Part shown: in pieces, positions 11,181 to 19,543 of the stretch | Layout: every line of letters begins with the position of its first letter | Numbering within the stretch: position 1 is the first letter of the stretch | Source of the DNA: Verrucomicrobia bacterium Opi.OSU.00C | GTDB lineage: Bacteria > Verrucomicrobiota > Verrucomicrobiia > Opitutales > PNEW01 | DNA: 63,627 bases | Assembly: GCA_002922725.1 (NCBI GenBank) | Contig: PNEW01000003.1 | Span: 1-63,627, forward strand | Direction of reading: 5' to 3' | Program-made: the position numbers and the translations under genes | The notes under the pieces: generated by a model | Seen by the model: only the letters and a program-made list of their open reading frames with translations | What the model was told of the DNA's origin: nothing | The model's database searches: none

Positions 11181-12230
11181 CTAACTTATATATATTTTTT
11201 TATTGAAATTTATCATTTGCATTAAATTACTAGCTAGTACCCGAGCGTAATAGGGAGCAATGAGGGCGCCTTTTGTTCCTAAGCCATTAAAAATGGCAAT
11301 GGTGGGAAAATTCCTGTGTTGTTCAATTCTTGGATGGGAGTTTTCCATTGTCGGTCGAATACCTGCAACGTGATTCAATACTTTAAAATTAAAATAAGTA
11401 AAAGAGTGAAGAGTATTTAAGATTTCATTTTTTCCTTCTTCGCTAGGTTGATGGTTGAGGGGATTCCATGAAAAGGTAGAACCTGCCAAACAGTGATGCT
11501 TGCTTAAAGGTAATAACCATTTACCGCAATTGAGTATAGTACCGTGAAGTAACGCTGTGTCTGTTTCTAAGGTTAATAACTCTCCTTTAGCTGGTTTGAA
11601 TGGAAGACTTTTAAACCAAGGGTTATTACATCCACGATAACCTTCGCAGAAAATAATGGATTTTGCTACCCAATCTTTCCAGATTATTTTATGAGATTCA
11701 AATTTTAGTTCATCGTATTGAAATCGACAAGTGAGGCGTAAGTTTTTTTTGTCTAGATATTTGCCTAGGTCAATTACAAGACGGGATGTATTGACGTATG
11801 CGGCAGGTGATAACGTAAAACTGCCGAATGGGTCATTGATTAACTTAGGGTTCAAACCCGGTTGATTTACTTTTTTGAGAAACTGGGTGAATTCCGAGCA
11901 GTTTTTGTATTTATTGAAGTATCTAGCCTCAGCATTTGACTGAATTATACGGATTACACTCATTTCATTAAAGTATGGAGCACATAATTCAGACTCAAGT
12001 TGCCGATAAGTATTACAAGCTTCATTATAGAAATGGTTAAATTTCTTTATGGGAACCATCCGTTTCCCACTTATCGGATTGATCATTCCCGCTGCGACAA
12101 GAGAAGCAGCTTCGGTATGGTTGTCATCGATAACAATAACTGATGCTCCAAACTGTAATAATTGCCAAGCTAGAAGGCTACCGGCAATACCTTGTCCGAT
12201 GATAAGAAAATCTACATTATTTTTAAACAT
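11181..12230 (-). CDS. FAD-dependent oxidoreductase (DAO / glycine-oxidase-like family), specific function unassigned
   Basis: 349 aa. N-terminal dinucleotide fold DFLIIGQGIAGSLLAWQL, AAGMINPISGKR, and a C-terminal AGIRP...GLGTKGALIAP pattern of the DAO family. Confidence 0.75.
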   Translation of the reverse strand: MFKNNVDFLIIGQGIAGSLLAWQLLQFGASVIVIDDNHTEAASLVAAGMINPISGKRMVPIKKFNHFYNEACNTYRQLESELCAPYFNEMSVIRIIQSNAEARYFNKYKNCSEFTQFLKKVNQPGLNPKLINDPFGSFTLSPAAYVNTSRLVIDLGKYLDKKNLRLTCRFQYDELKFESHKIIWKDWVAKSIIFCEGYRGCNNPWFKSLPFKPAKGELLTLETDTALLHGTILNCGKWLLPLSKHHCLAGSTFSWNPLNHQPSEEGKNEILNTLHSFTYFNFKVLNHVAGIRPTMENSHPRIEQHRNFPTIAIFNGLGTKGALIAPYYARVLASNLMQMINFNKKIYIS

Positions 12231-12644
12231 CTTATTACATGATGGATGAGTAATCCCTCTGAAAAAGATTCGACTTCCTTTATTTCTTTAAAAAGTTTTA
12301 GTAACGAGATAGGAAAAGTTAGGCTAACCATTCAGGTGATACTACCCCTTTATCTTATATGCAGAGCCAGTTAGTAGACTCTCATAATCGTACCCTTTAC
12401 GATCCATGCATACAGATATTGCGAGATGGTAGTATCGAGCGGTTAACTCCGTGTTAATCTGTTTTTTAAGAGTTCTGCAAATTATTAGCTAATTTATGAT
12501 GGATGATGCTTTTGCATGTATAAGTTTCTTATTGAGTGATTATTGTTACTCATTATTATAAAGGACGGGATTTAAAATTAAAGGCCTAATGGAACTTGTT
12601 TTATTCGGTAAAATTGTAATAGCGTTCATTTATGGGTATGAATA

Positions 12645-13181
12645 TTAATCTATCCAGACAAGAGTTCCTTCTGGAGTTTCATTGAAAAGGGTGATTACAT
12701 CCTGATTTTTCATTTCTATACAGCCGGAAGACTGAGGGGTGCCGATAAGTTCTTCATGATTACTGCCGTGAATATAAATAAATCGATTATAGGTGTCGCA
12801 ATTTAAACCTAAGTTTTTTCCTAGTTCAAGTCCACGTAACCAGAGGATACGGGAAGTGATAAGATTTGATTGCTGATCCATTGGTGGAAAATCCAAGTAT
12901 AATAATCCCGTGTCCTTACGTTCCTTAAAAACTGACCCCAAGGGGGAGTTATCACCAATTTTCTTTTCAATGCAATGGAGCCCCAAGGGCGTACCATATG
13001 AATTCTCTTTGCAGGACGGGGAGGCGATGGAAGTAGAGACGTCGTATTTTGCCTTTATTTGACAATCATTGTAGTGGTGTAGTTTTTGCTCGCCAATAGA
13101 TATATAAAATACATCCTTTGTTCGTTCTATTTTAAGTGACGTGCAATAATTTAGTATAAAATCTATCGGAGAAACAAACAT
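12645..13181 (-). CDS. L,D-transpeptidase (YkuD) catalytic-domain protein
   Basis: IHGSNHEELIGTPQSSGCIEMKNQD is the YkuD His/Cys active-site motif. I prefer the start at Met13 (13181); the ORF track extends to 13217. No obvious signal peptide. Confidence 0.7.
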   Translation of the reverse strand: MFVSPIDFILNYCTSLKIERTKDVFYISIGEQKLHHYNDCQIKAKYDVSTSIASPSCKENSYGTPLGLHCIEKKIGDNSPLGSVFKERKDTGLLYLDFPPMDQQSNLITSRILWLRGLELGKNLGLNCDTYNRFIYIHGSNHEELIGTPQSSGCIEMKNQDVITLFNETPEGTLVWID

Positions 13182-14206
13182 TGGATATAAATTACAATTT
13201 AGGAATTGTCGGTGCAACTGGTGCCGTGGGTCAAGAACTGATTCATTTCATTCACACCCGTAATTTTCCCTTTGCTCGAATTCGCCTTTTTGCTTCGGCG
13301 AGGTCGGCTGGCAAAGAAATAGAGTACAAAGGCAAAAGTTGGAAAGTTGAAGAAGCCAAACCAGAAATATTTGATGAATTGGATATAGCAATATTTAGCG
13401 CCGGTGCGAACACCTCCAAGAAATTAGCACCTGAAGCAGTAGATCGAGGATGCCTTGTTATTGATAATAGTTCAGCTTTCCGTATGGATCCAAATGTTCC
13501 ACTCGTCGTCCCTGAAATTAATGCACAAGCAGTTAATCAACATAAAGGGATTATAGCCAATCCTAATTGTACAACAGCCGTTGCTCTCATGGGGTTATAT
13601 CCACTCCATTGTGAATTTGGTCTAAAGCAGTTTTTTGCGGCAACTTATCAAGCCGTTTCTGGTACAGGAGCAGCTGCGATATATGAACTTGAGGAGCAAG
13701 TTAAAGCTTGGGTATCAGGTAATAATATCAGTCCCAAAATATATCCTCACCCAATCGCATTCAATCTATTACCCCATGTCGATTCTTTCCTTGACAATGG
13801 TTATACAAAGGAGGAGATGAAGATGCAGAACGAAAGCCAAAAAATTATGGATGTGGCTGAAATTCGGGCGTCTACTACTTGTGTACGTGTGCCGGTATTT
13901 CGTGCACATTCTGTAGTCATAAATGCAGAATTTAAAAATCCCGTAGATCTCGATGTTGCACGGCAAGCGATTAGCGATTTCCCTGGTAGTGAACTTGTTG
14001 ATAATCCGGAGAATGGGCTATATCCTATGCCTATTGACTTTGCAGAGAAAGAAAAATGTGGAGTAGGGAGAATACGCCGTGATATGGTATTTGAAAACGG
14101 TATTACCTTCTGGGTAGTAGGGGACCAGTTATGGAAGGGGGCTGCGCTAAACGCAATTCAAATTGCCGAGTGCGTTCATCAGAACGGTCAATTGAAAGTA
14201 ATGTAG
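13181..14206 (+). CDS. asd: Aspartate-semialdehyde dehydrogenase
   Basis: 341 aa. GIVGATGAVGQE NAD(P) motif and active-site IANPNCTT; TTG start. Confidence 0.92.
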   Translation: MDINYNLGIVGATGAVGQELIHFIHTRNFPFARIRLFASARSAGKEIEYKGKSWKVEEAKPEIFDELDIAIFSAGANTSKKLAPEAVDRGCLVIDNSSAFRMDPNVPLVVPEINAQAVNQHKGIIANPNCTTAVALMGLYPLHCEFGLKQFFAATYQAVSGTGAAAIYELEEQVKAWVSGNNISPKIYPHPIAFNLLPHVDSFLDNGYTKEEMKMQNESQKIMDVAEIRASTTCVRVPVFRAHSVVINAEFKNPVDLDVARQAISDFPGSELVDNPENGLYPMPIDFAEKEKCGVGRIRRDMVFENGITFWVVGDQLWKGAALNAIQIAECVHQNGQLKVM

Positions 14207-14339
14207 AACTTGATTTAACCTTACCTTAAAGTGGAGCTTGCTCTTAACCATTTTTAATGCCTTTAGATTACGAGGTTCTTGTCTATAAATACCTTGCCAT
14301 GAGATTTTCGAAATATATGTCTAATGAGTAGAGTTTTTT

Positions 14340-14416
14340 GGGCTTGTAGCTCAGTTGGCTAGAGCGCTTGCTTTACACGCAAGATGTCGGCGGTTCGAGT
14401 CCGTCCAAGCCCACCA
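14340..14416 (+). tRNA. tRNA-Val (anticodon TAC), CCA encoded
   Basis: Cloverleaf read by eye. Acceptor GGGCTTG/CAAGCCC, D-arm AGCTCAGTTGGCTAGAGC, anticodon stem CTTGC/GCAAG with loop TTTACAC, T-arm GGCGG-TTCGAGT-CCGTC, then ACCA. Confidence 0.9.
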
Positions 14417-14639
14417 GTTTTTAGAAATTTATTTATGGGTTTGGTGAACACGCAATTGATATTGAATGTGATTTAGCTTGCTTGTTTTAACGAATTCTTG
14501 AAAGTCTACAGTGTAGTTTATTTGTTAAGATAATGTCACGAGAGTGATGACAAAAAGTTTAAACGTCGGAGCATTTATCTAACTTTAAAATCATTATAAA
14601 GATGCTTTGGATTATAGCCTGTGGTGTTAGACAATAATA

Positions 14640-15140
14640 ATGCGACATACATTATCAGTTTTAGTTGAAAACCAATTTGGAGTATTAACTCGTGTGACTG
14701 GCATGTTTAGTGGTCGTGGATTTAATATTGATACTCTGAATGTTGGACCGACACAGGATCCGAAATTATCACGTATAACGGTTACTGTACAGGGAGATAA
14801 TGAACAACTTGATCAATGTATTAAACAACTACAGAAACTTGTTAACGTTATTGAGATTATCGATTTGAGGGTGGGTCAATTTGTAGCAAGAGAACTTATG
14901 ATGTTAAAAATTTCAGCTAACTCTGAAACCCGTGGGGAATTGGTACAGATCTGCGATATCTTTCGCGCCAAAATTATCGATGTTCGTCATGACCGAATTA
15001 TTGTGGAAATGACTGGTGATGAAAATAAGTTACGAGCTTTTTTAGAACTCATTGAGCCTTTTGGGATTCTTGAATTAGCTAGGACTGGAAACGTTGCGTT
15101 TAAGAGAAGAATTGAGAAGGAAATTAGTGGGGAAAGTTAG
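14640..15140 (+). CDS. ilvN: Acetolactate synthase small (regulatory) subunit
   Basis: 166 aa. MRHTLSVLVENQFGVLTRVTGMFSGRGFNIDTLNVGPT is the ACT domain typical of IlvH/IlvN. Confidence 0.9.
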   Translation: MRHTLSVLVENQFGVLTRVTGMFSGRGFNIDTLNVGPTQDPKLSRITVTVQGDNEQLDQCIKQLQKLVNVIEIIDLRVGQFVARELMMLKISANSETRGELVQICDIFRAKIIDVRHDRIIVEMTGDENKLRAFLELIEPFGILELARTGNVAFKRRIEKEISGES

Positions 15141-15185
15141 TCTCTACAGAAAATATTTAACAAATTGTAAAAGATAAGGAATAAT

Positions 15186-16214
15186 ATGCCTGCAAAAGTC
15201 TATACCAACAAAGACGCGAATCTATCTATATTGAAACACAAGACCTTGGCAGTACTCGGCTATGGCTCTCAAGGTCACGCCCATGCACAAAACTTGAAAG
15301 ATAGTGGGCTAAAGGTCATCATTGGATTATACCCTCAAAGTAAATCGATTAAAGTTGCAAAAAAACAGGGCTTTGAAGTTTTCGATGTCCCGACAACGGT
15401 ACAAAAAGCAGATATAATTATGGTTGCGGTACCTGATATGGTTCAGGCTTCACTGTACGAAAATGAAATTGCACCGAATCTAACCGCAGGTAAAACCCTT
15501 GTTTTCAGTCATGGGTTTTGTATACATTTTAATCTAATCAAACCGCCAAAAAAGGTTGATGTAATTATGGTTGCTCCCAAGGGCCCCGGGCACATTGTTC
15601 GTAGTCAGTTCTTAGAAGGTAAAGGAGTTCCAGCACTTATAGCTCTTGCCCCTGGTACTTCTAAAAAAGCTAAATCTGTTGCATTGACCTGGGCTAAAGG
15701 TATTGGAGCAACAAGGGCCGGTGTGCTTCAGACTACATTTAAAGAAGAGACTGAAACGGATCTATTTGGTGAACAAGCGGTTCTCTGTGGTGGAGCTAGT
15801 GCACTTGTAATCGCTGGATATGAAACACTGATTGAAGCAGGTTATCAACCAGAAATGGCATACTTTGAATGCCTTCATGAATTAAAACTTATTGTGGACC
15901 TTATGGTTGAATCTGGAATAGCAGGAATGCGGTTTTCCGTATCGGAAACAGCAAAATATGGTGACATCACACGAGGTCCTCAAGTTATCAATTCTCAATC
16001 GAAAAAAGTGATGAGAGGAATTTTAAAGGATGTCCAGTCAGGAAAATTTGCTAGGGAGTGGGTCAGTGAGTATAAAAAAGGGTTACCAAAATATAATGCC
16101 TTACTTAAAAAGGGTGAAAAACATGGTATTGAAAAAATAGGGCAACGTCTTCGTGATATAATGCCTTGGGTTAAAAAGAGGAATATTAAAGGAGCTCAAG
16201 CTGCATATAACTAG
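15186..16214 (+). CDS. ilvC: Ketol-acid reductoisomerase (class I)
   Basis: 342 aa. LGYGSQGHAHAQNLKDSG and TDLFGEQAVLCGG motifs; AAGGA Shine-Dalgarno upstream. Confidence 0.95.
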   Translation: MPAKVYTNKDANLSILKHKTLAVLGYGSQGHAHAQNLKDSGLKVIIGLYPQSKSIKVAKKQGFEVFDVPTTVQKADIIMVAVPDMVQASLYENEIAPNLTAGKTLVFSHGFCIHFNLIKPPKKVDVIMVAPKGPGHIVRSQFLEGKGVPALIALAPGTSKKAKSVALTWAKGIGATRAGVLQTTFKEETETDLFGEQAVLCGGASALVIAGYETLIEAGYQPEMAYFECLHELKLIVDLMVESGIAGMRFSVSETAKYGDITRGPQVINSQSKKVMRGILKDVQSGKFAREWVSEYKKGLPKYNALLKKGEKHGIEKIGQRLRDIMPWVKKRNIKGAQAAYN

Positions 16215-16327
16215 AGTTTTTCGTTAGAGTTGATAAAATAGGGGTCAAATTCAATGAGACAATATTAATTATTAGCTAGTAAGTAAGACTAAAGATTTTT
16301 AGGGAAACCTGGAATTTGGAATTATTT

Positions 16328-16367
16328 TAAATATAAGGATTTCAACCTAAATATAAGGATTTCAACC
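16328..16367. repeat. Perfect 2 x 20-bp tandem direct repeat (TAAATATAAGGATTTCAACC) 40 nt upstream of hemC
   Basis: Read directly: 16328..16347 is identical to 16348..16367. Confidence 0.9.
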
Positions 16368-16406
16368 CGAAGTTTTATGAGACTTGATAGCTTTATTTGA
16401 TTCCCT

Positions 16407-17264
16407 ATGAGTAAGAGTATTACTTTAGCTACGAGGAAAAGTCCCTTAGCCATAATTCAGACAAAACTCGCTTGTCATTATCTAAAGAGAAAGTTTCCTG
16501 ATTGTGCTTTTAGAATGCTTAAATTATCAACGACTGGTGATAAAAGATCTAATTGGTCACTTGAAACTGAAGGAGGAAAAGGACTTTTTACTAAAGAGTT
16601 GGAAATAGCTTTAAGCGAAGGTCGGGCAGATCTTGCTGTGCATAGCGCCAAAGACCTTCCAATGGAACTAGGATCTGGTTTGTCACTTGCAGGATATTTA
16701 CCACGGGCTGATGCACATGATGTGTTTGTTATGCGTGAAAGTTGCTCAGGCCTTAAAACGATAGCTACGAGTAGTCCGCGTCGCCGTGTCCAAGTTGGCT
16801 TGTTACATCCACAGGTTAAATGGATTGAACTTCGCGGTAATGTTGAAACGCGATTATGCAAAGTTGCTTCCGGTGAGGCTGATGCGACAATCCTAGCTGC
16901 AGCTGGACTCAAACGTCTCACTATTGATTCTTGGCCGGGATTAATCTTTAAACCTTACACCACTCGTGAGCTAGTCCCCGCGGCAGGACAAGGTGCAATA
17001 GCTCTTGAATGTCGTGAAGACGATGCTGCTCAATACAAAACTGTTTTCGATAAAATTACGAATTATACTGTATCAATTGAACGATATCTTATCGATGAGC
17101 TTGGAGGTGGTTGCCATAGTGCTCATGCAGCTTACTTTTTTGCTAACACATTATACGTATTTCATGAGAAACATGGGTTTAAGCAGTATGATTTTGTAAA
17201 CCTTGACAATGTAGAGATCAAAATCCGTTTAGGTGAGATCGTAAACGAACTTAAGAAATCATGA
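16407..17264 (+). CDS. hemC: Hydroxymethylbilane synthase (porphobilinogen deaminase)
   Basis: 285 aa. LATRKSPLAIIQT, GGKGLFTKELE, DLAVHSAKDLP, TSSPRRR, RGNVETRL and the cofactor Cys in GGGCHS. Its stop overlaps the next start (ATGA). Confidence 0.92.
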   Translation: MSKSITLATRKSPLAIIQTKLACHYLKRKFPDCAFRMLKLSTTGDKRSNWSLETEGGKGLFTKELEIALSEGRADLAVHSAKDLPMELGSGLSLAGYLPRADAHDVFVMRESCSGLKTIATSSPRRRVQVGLLHPQVKWIELRGNVETRLCKVASGEADATILAAAGLKRLTIDSWPGLIFKPYTTRELVPAAGQGAIALECREDDAAQYKTVFDKITNYTVSIERYLIDELGGGCHSAHAAYFFANTLYVFHEKHGFKQYDFVNLDNVEIKIRLGEIVNELKKS

Positions 17265-18787
17265 CTTCGGGAATTGTTTATCTTGTCGGTGCTGGCCCCG
17301 GTGATCCAGGGTTACTAACTTTACGCGCGCGAGATATTATCAGACTTGCTGACGTTTTAGTATATGATAATCTGGTTAATGACTGCTTGCTCGATTGGTG
17401 TAAATCGGAGTGTCAGAAGGTTTATGTTGGTAAGAAACCGGGATCTCATGCTATAACTCAAGAGGAAATCGAGAGAATATTAGTCCACCATGCAAAGAAT
17501 GGTAAAGTTGTTGCCCGATTAAAAGGAGGTGATCCTTTTATATTCGGCCGGGGTGGTGAAGAAGTCCGACGCTTAGCGGAAGATGATATCAAATTTGAGA
17601 TTATCCCTGGGGTAACTGCTGCTTTGGCAGCGGCGGCATATACTGGGATACCACTGACCCATCGCGATTTTAGTTCATCAATTAGTTTTTTGACTGGCCA
17701 TGAAAATTTAGAAAATCACGAATTTCGTGTGTCTTTTCATGATTTTTCAAAAAATTCGAAAACCCTTTGCATTTACATGGGTATGGGGCAACTTGAAAGG
17801 ATTACAACTGAGCTTATTTCAGGTGGGCTTTCATCTGATACCCCGGTTGTTGTTGTACAATGGGCGACTCTTCCCCAACAACGCAGTCTACTCTCTACTC
17901 TCTCTAAGGTGGCTGTTGAATGCAGTAAAAAGGATTTCGGACCACCGAGTGTTATTATCGTGGGAGAGGCATCGAAGTTTTATGATAAGATGGGATGGTT
18001 TGAGAAAAGACCGCTATTTGGTAAACGAATAGTGGTTACTAGAGATCTTGATCAAGCAGCAAAATTGAGCTATAAGCTTGAAGCTGTAGGTGCTGAAGTA
18101 ATTGAGCTCCCACTCATTCAAATTAAAAGGTTAAATGATCAAGACACCAATAAAGCTATTTTTTCAGAATTTGGAGCTTATAATTGGATTATTTTTACAA
18201 GTGTTAACGGTGTTAGATACTTTTTTCATAATTTTTTTGAGACCTTTTCAGACATTCGGTCATTTGGAGCACTTAAAATTGCAGTTGTTGGACAAGAGAC
18301 TGAAAAAGCAATTAATAAATATAATCTGACTGTTGATTTTATTCCACATATATCTGATTCTGAATCACTTGCTGACGAACTCATAAATTTTGAATCAATA
18401 GAACATCTCAAGATTTTAGTGATTACAGGTAATCGTAATCGAGATCTACTGGTCAAGAAACTTGAAGATGCACTCGCTATTGTTGACACCTTTAGGGTAT
18501 ATACCACAAGGATCTGTGACATAATAGAACATCCAGCAACGAAGTCGTTTTGCAAAAAGGGAGCAGATGTTGTTACTTTTACCAGTCCTTCCATAGTAGA
18601 ATCTTTTGTCAATCAAGTTGCATCTCTACAGGTGGAAAAAGGGGCAAAAAATCCTATTTCATGTAGCATAGGGCCGATTACTTCTGAATCGATGCGTAAA
18701 GCTGGTATCCCTGTTGAGCTAGAATCTGAAAGTCGCTCAATTGACGGAATGGTAAAGGCAATAATAGAAAAATTTAATCCGATTTAG
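17261..18787 (+). CDS. Bifunctional uroporphyrinogen-III C-methyltransferase / uroporphyrinogen-III synthase (CobA-HemD fusion)
   Basis: 508 aa. N-terminal half VYLVGAGPGDPGLLTLRA...GGDPFIFGRGGEE (SUMT). C-terminal half (from about residue 255, GKRIVVTR...) has the HEM4 two-lobe pattern. Confidence 0.88.
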   Translation: MTSGIVYLVGAGPGDPGLLTLRARDIIRLADVLVYDNLVNDCLLDWCKSECQKVYVGKKPGSHAITQEEIERILVHHAKNGKVVARLKGGDPFIFGRGGEEVRRLAEDDIKFEIIPGVTAALAAAAYTGIPLTHRDFSSSISFLTGHENLENHEFRVSFHDFSKNSKTLCIYMGMGQLERITTELISGGLSSDTPVVVVQWATLPQQRSLLSTLSKVAVECSKKDFGPPSVIIVGEASKFYDKMGWFEKRPLFGKRIVVTRDLDQAAKLSYKLEAVGAEVIELPLIQIKRLNDQDTNKAIFSEFGAYNWIIFTSVNGVRYFFHNFFETFSDIRSFGALKIAVVGQETEKAINKYNLTVDFIPHISDSESLADELINFESIEHLKILVITGNRNRDLLVKKLEDALAIVDTFRVYTTRICDIIEHPATKSFCKKGADVVTFTSPSIVESFVNQVASLQVEKGAKNPISCSIGPITSESMRKAGIPVELESESRSIDGMVKAIIEKFNPI

Positions 18788-18839
18788 AGTTCGGTATTGC
18801 CCTTAACTGTTGGTAATTGTTGTATTTAATTGTTGACTC

Positions 18840-19478
18840 ATGAGCTCTATAGCAAAGATCAAAGTATGTGGTATCACGCGAAAGGAAGATGCGAAGGCTG
18901 CGGTTAATTTAGGGGTAGACTTTATTGGTCTGAATCTTTATCCACTCTCGCCGAGAGTAATCGCTCCTGATTGCATTAGTGATTTATTTATGGAGATTCC
19001 GCGAGGAAAACGTGTTTATATAAATGTTTTACCATCGCCAGCGAAACTTAAAAAAATGTTGGATATAGGTTTTGATTACTTTCAGATCCATTTCGATATT
19101 GATATTCCTATTTCTAACCTCATAACATGGAGTGGGATTGTGGGGGTAGAAAAACTTTGGCTTGCTCCTCGAATCTATCCATACAAGCCATTTCCTCGAT
19201 CTATATTGGAATATGCAGACACTTTTATTTTGGATGGCTATTCAAAAAATAAATATGGTGGGACGGGAAAGCCAAGTAACTGGAAAATGTACAAAGATTT
19301 GCAGAAATTATTCCCTCATAAAAGATGGATCCTATCAGGTGGATTAAACGCTGGAAATATAAAAGATGCGCTCATTGTAACTAAGGCTCAATATATTGAT
19401 GTTAATAGTGGTGTGGAATCTTTACCTGGAGTAAAAGACGTTAGAAAGTTGGAAGAATTTATTAAGAATGTACGGTAA
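18840..19478 (+). CDS. trpF: Phosphoribosylanthranilate isomerase
   Basis: 212 aa. KIKVCGITRKEDAKAAVNLGVDFIGLNLYPLSPR and C-terminal DVNSGVE match TrpF. Confidence 0.85.
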   Translation: MSSIAKIKVCGITRKEDAKAAVNLGVDFIGLNLYPLSPRVIAPDCISDLFMEIPRGKRVYINVLPSPAKLKKMLDIGFDYFQIHFDIDIPISNLITWSGIVGVEKLWLAPRIYPYKPFPRSILEYADTFILDGYSKNKYGGTGKPSNWKMYKDLQKLFPHKRWILSGGLNAGNIKDALIVTKAQYIDVNSGVESLPGVKDVRKLEEFIKNVR

Positions 19479-19543
19479 CCAATCGAGTTAATTCATTTTG
19501 ATCGGTGGTCGCTTACCAGATCCTTGTTCCAATATGAAAATAG

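Noticed and set aside
12231-12644. TPP riboswitch upstream of the DAO-family oxidoreductase (a possible ThiO-like glycine oxidase)
   Set aside because: The minus strand contains UAUCACCUGA, identical to part of the E. coli thiM aptamer as I remember it, plus a UGAGAG. However, the canonical order (GGGGUGC ... CUGAGA ... ACCC ... ACCUGAUCUGG...GCG.AGGGA) and spacing are not present, so I treat the match as chance.
16328-16367. CRISPR-like or iteron array
   Set aside because: There are only two contiguous copies, no spacers, and no cas or rep genes in the window.
16478-16921. 147-aa ORF antisense to hemC
   Set aside because: It lies wholly inside a well-supported hemC frame in a locally GC-richer stretch. 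The Arg/Ser/Pro/Ala-rich, low-complexity translation is typical of antisense frames, and there is no recognisable motif.
18226-18612. 128-aa ORF antisense to the cobA-hemD fusion; similarly 43086..43445 in cimA, 30762..31121 in clpP, and the other 60-100-aa overlapping ORFs in the track
   Set aside because: All are embedded in strongly supported genes on the opposite strand or another frame, have no motifs, and have biased composition.
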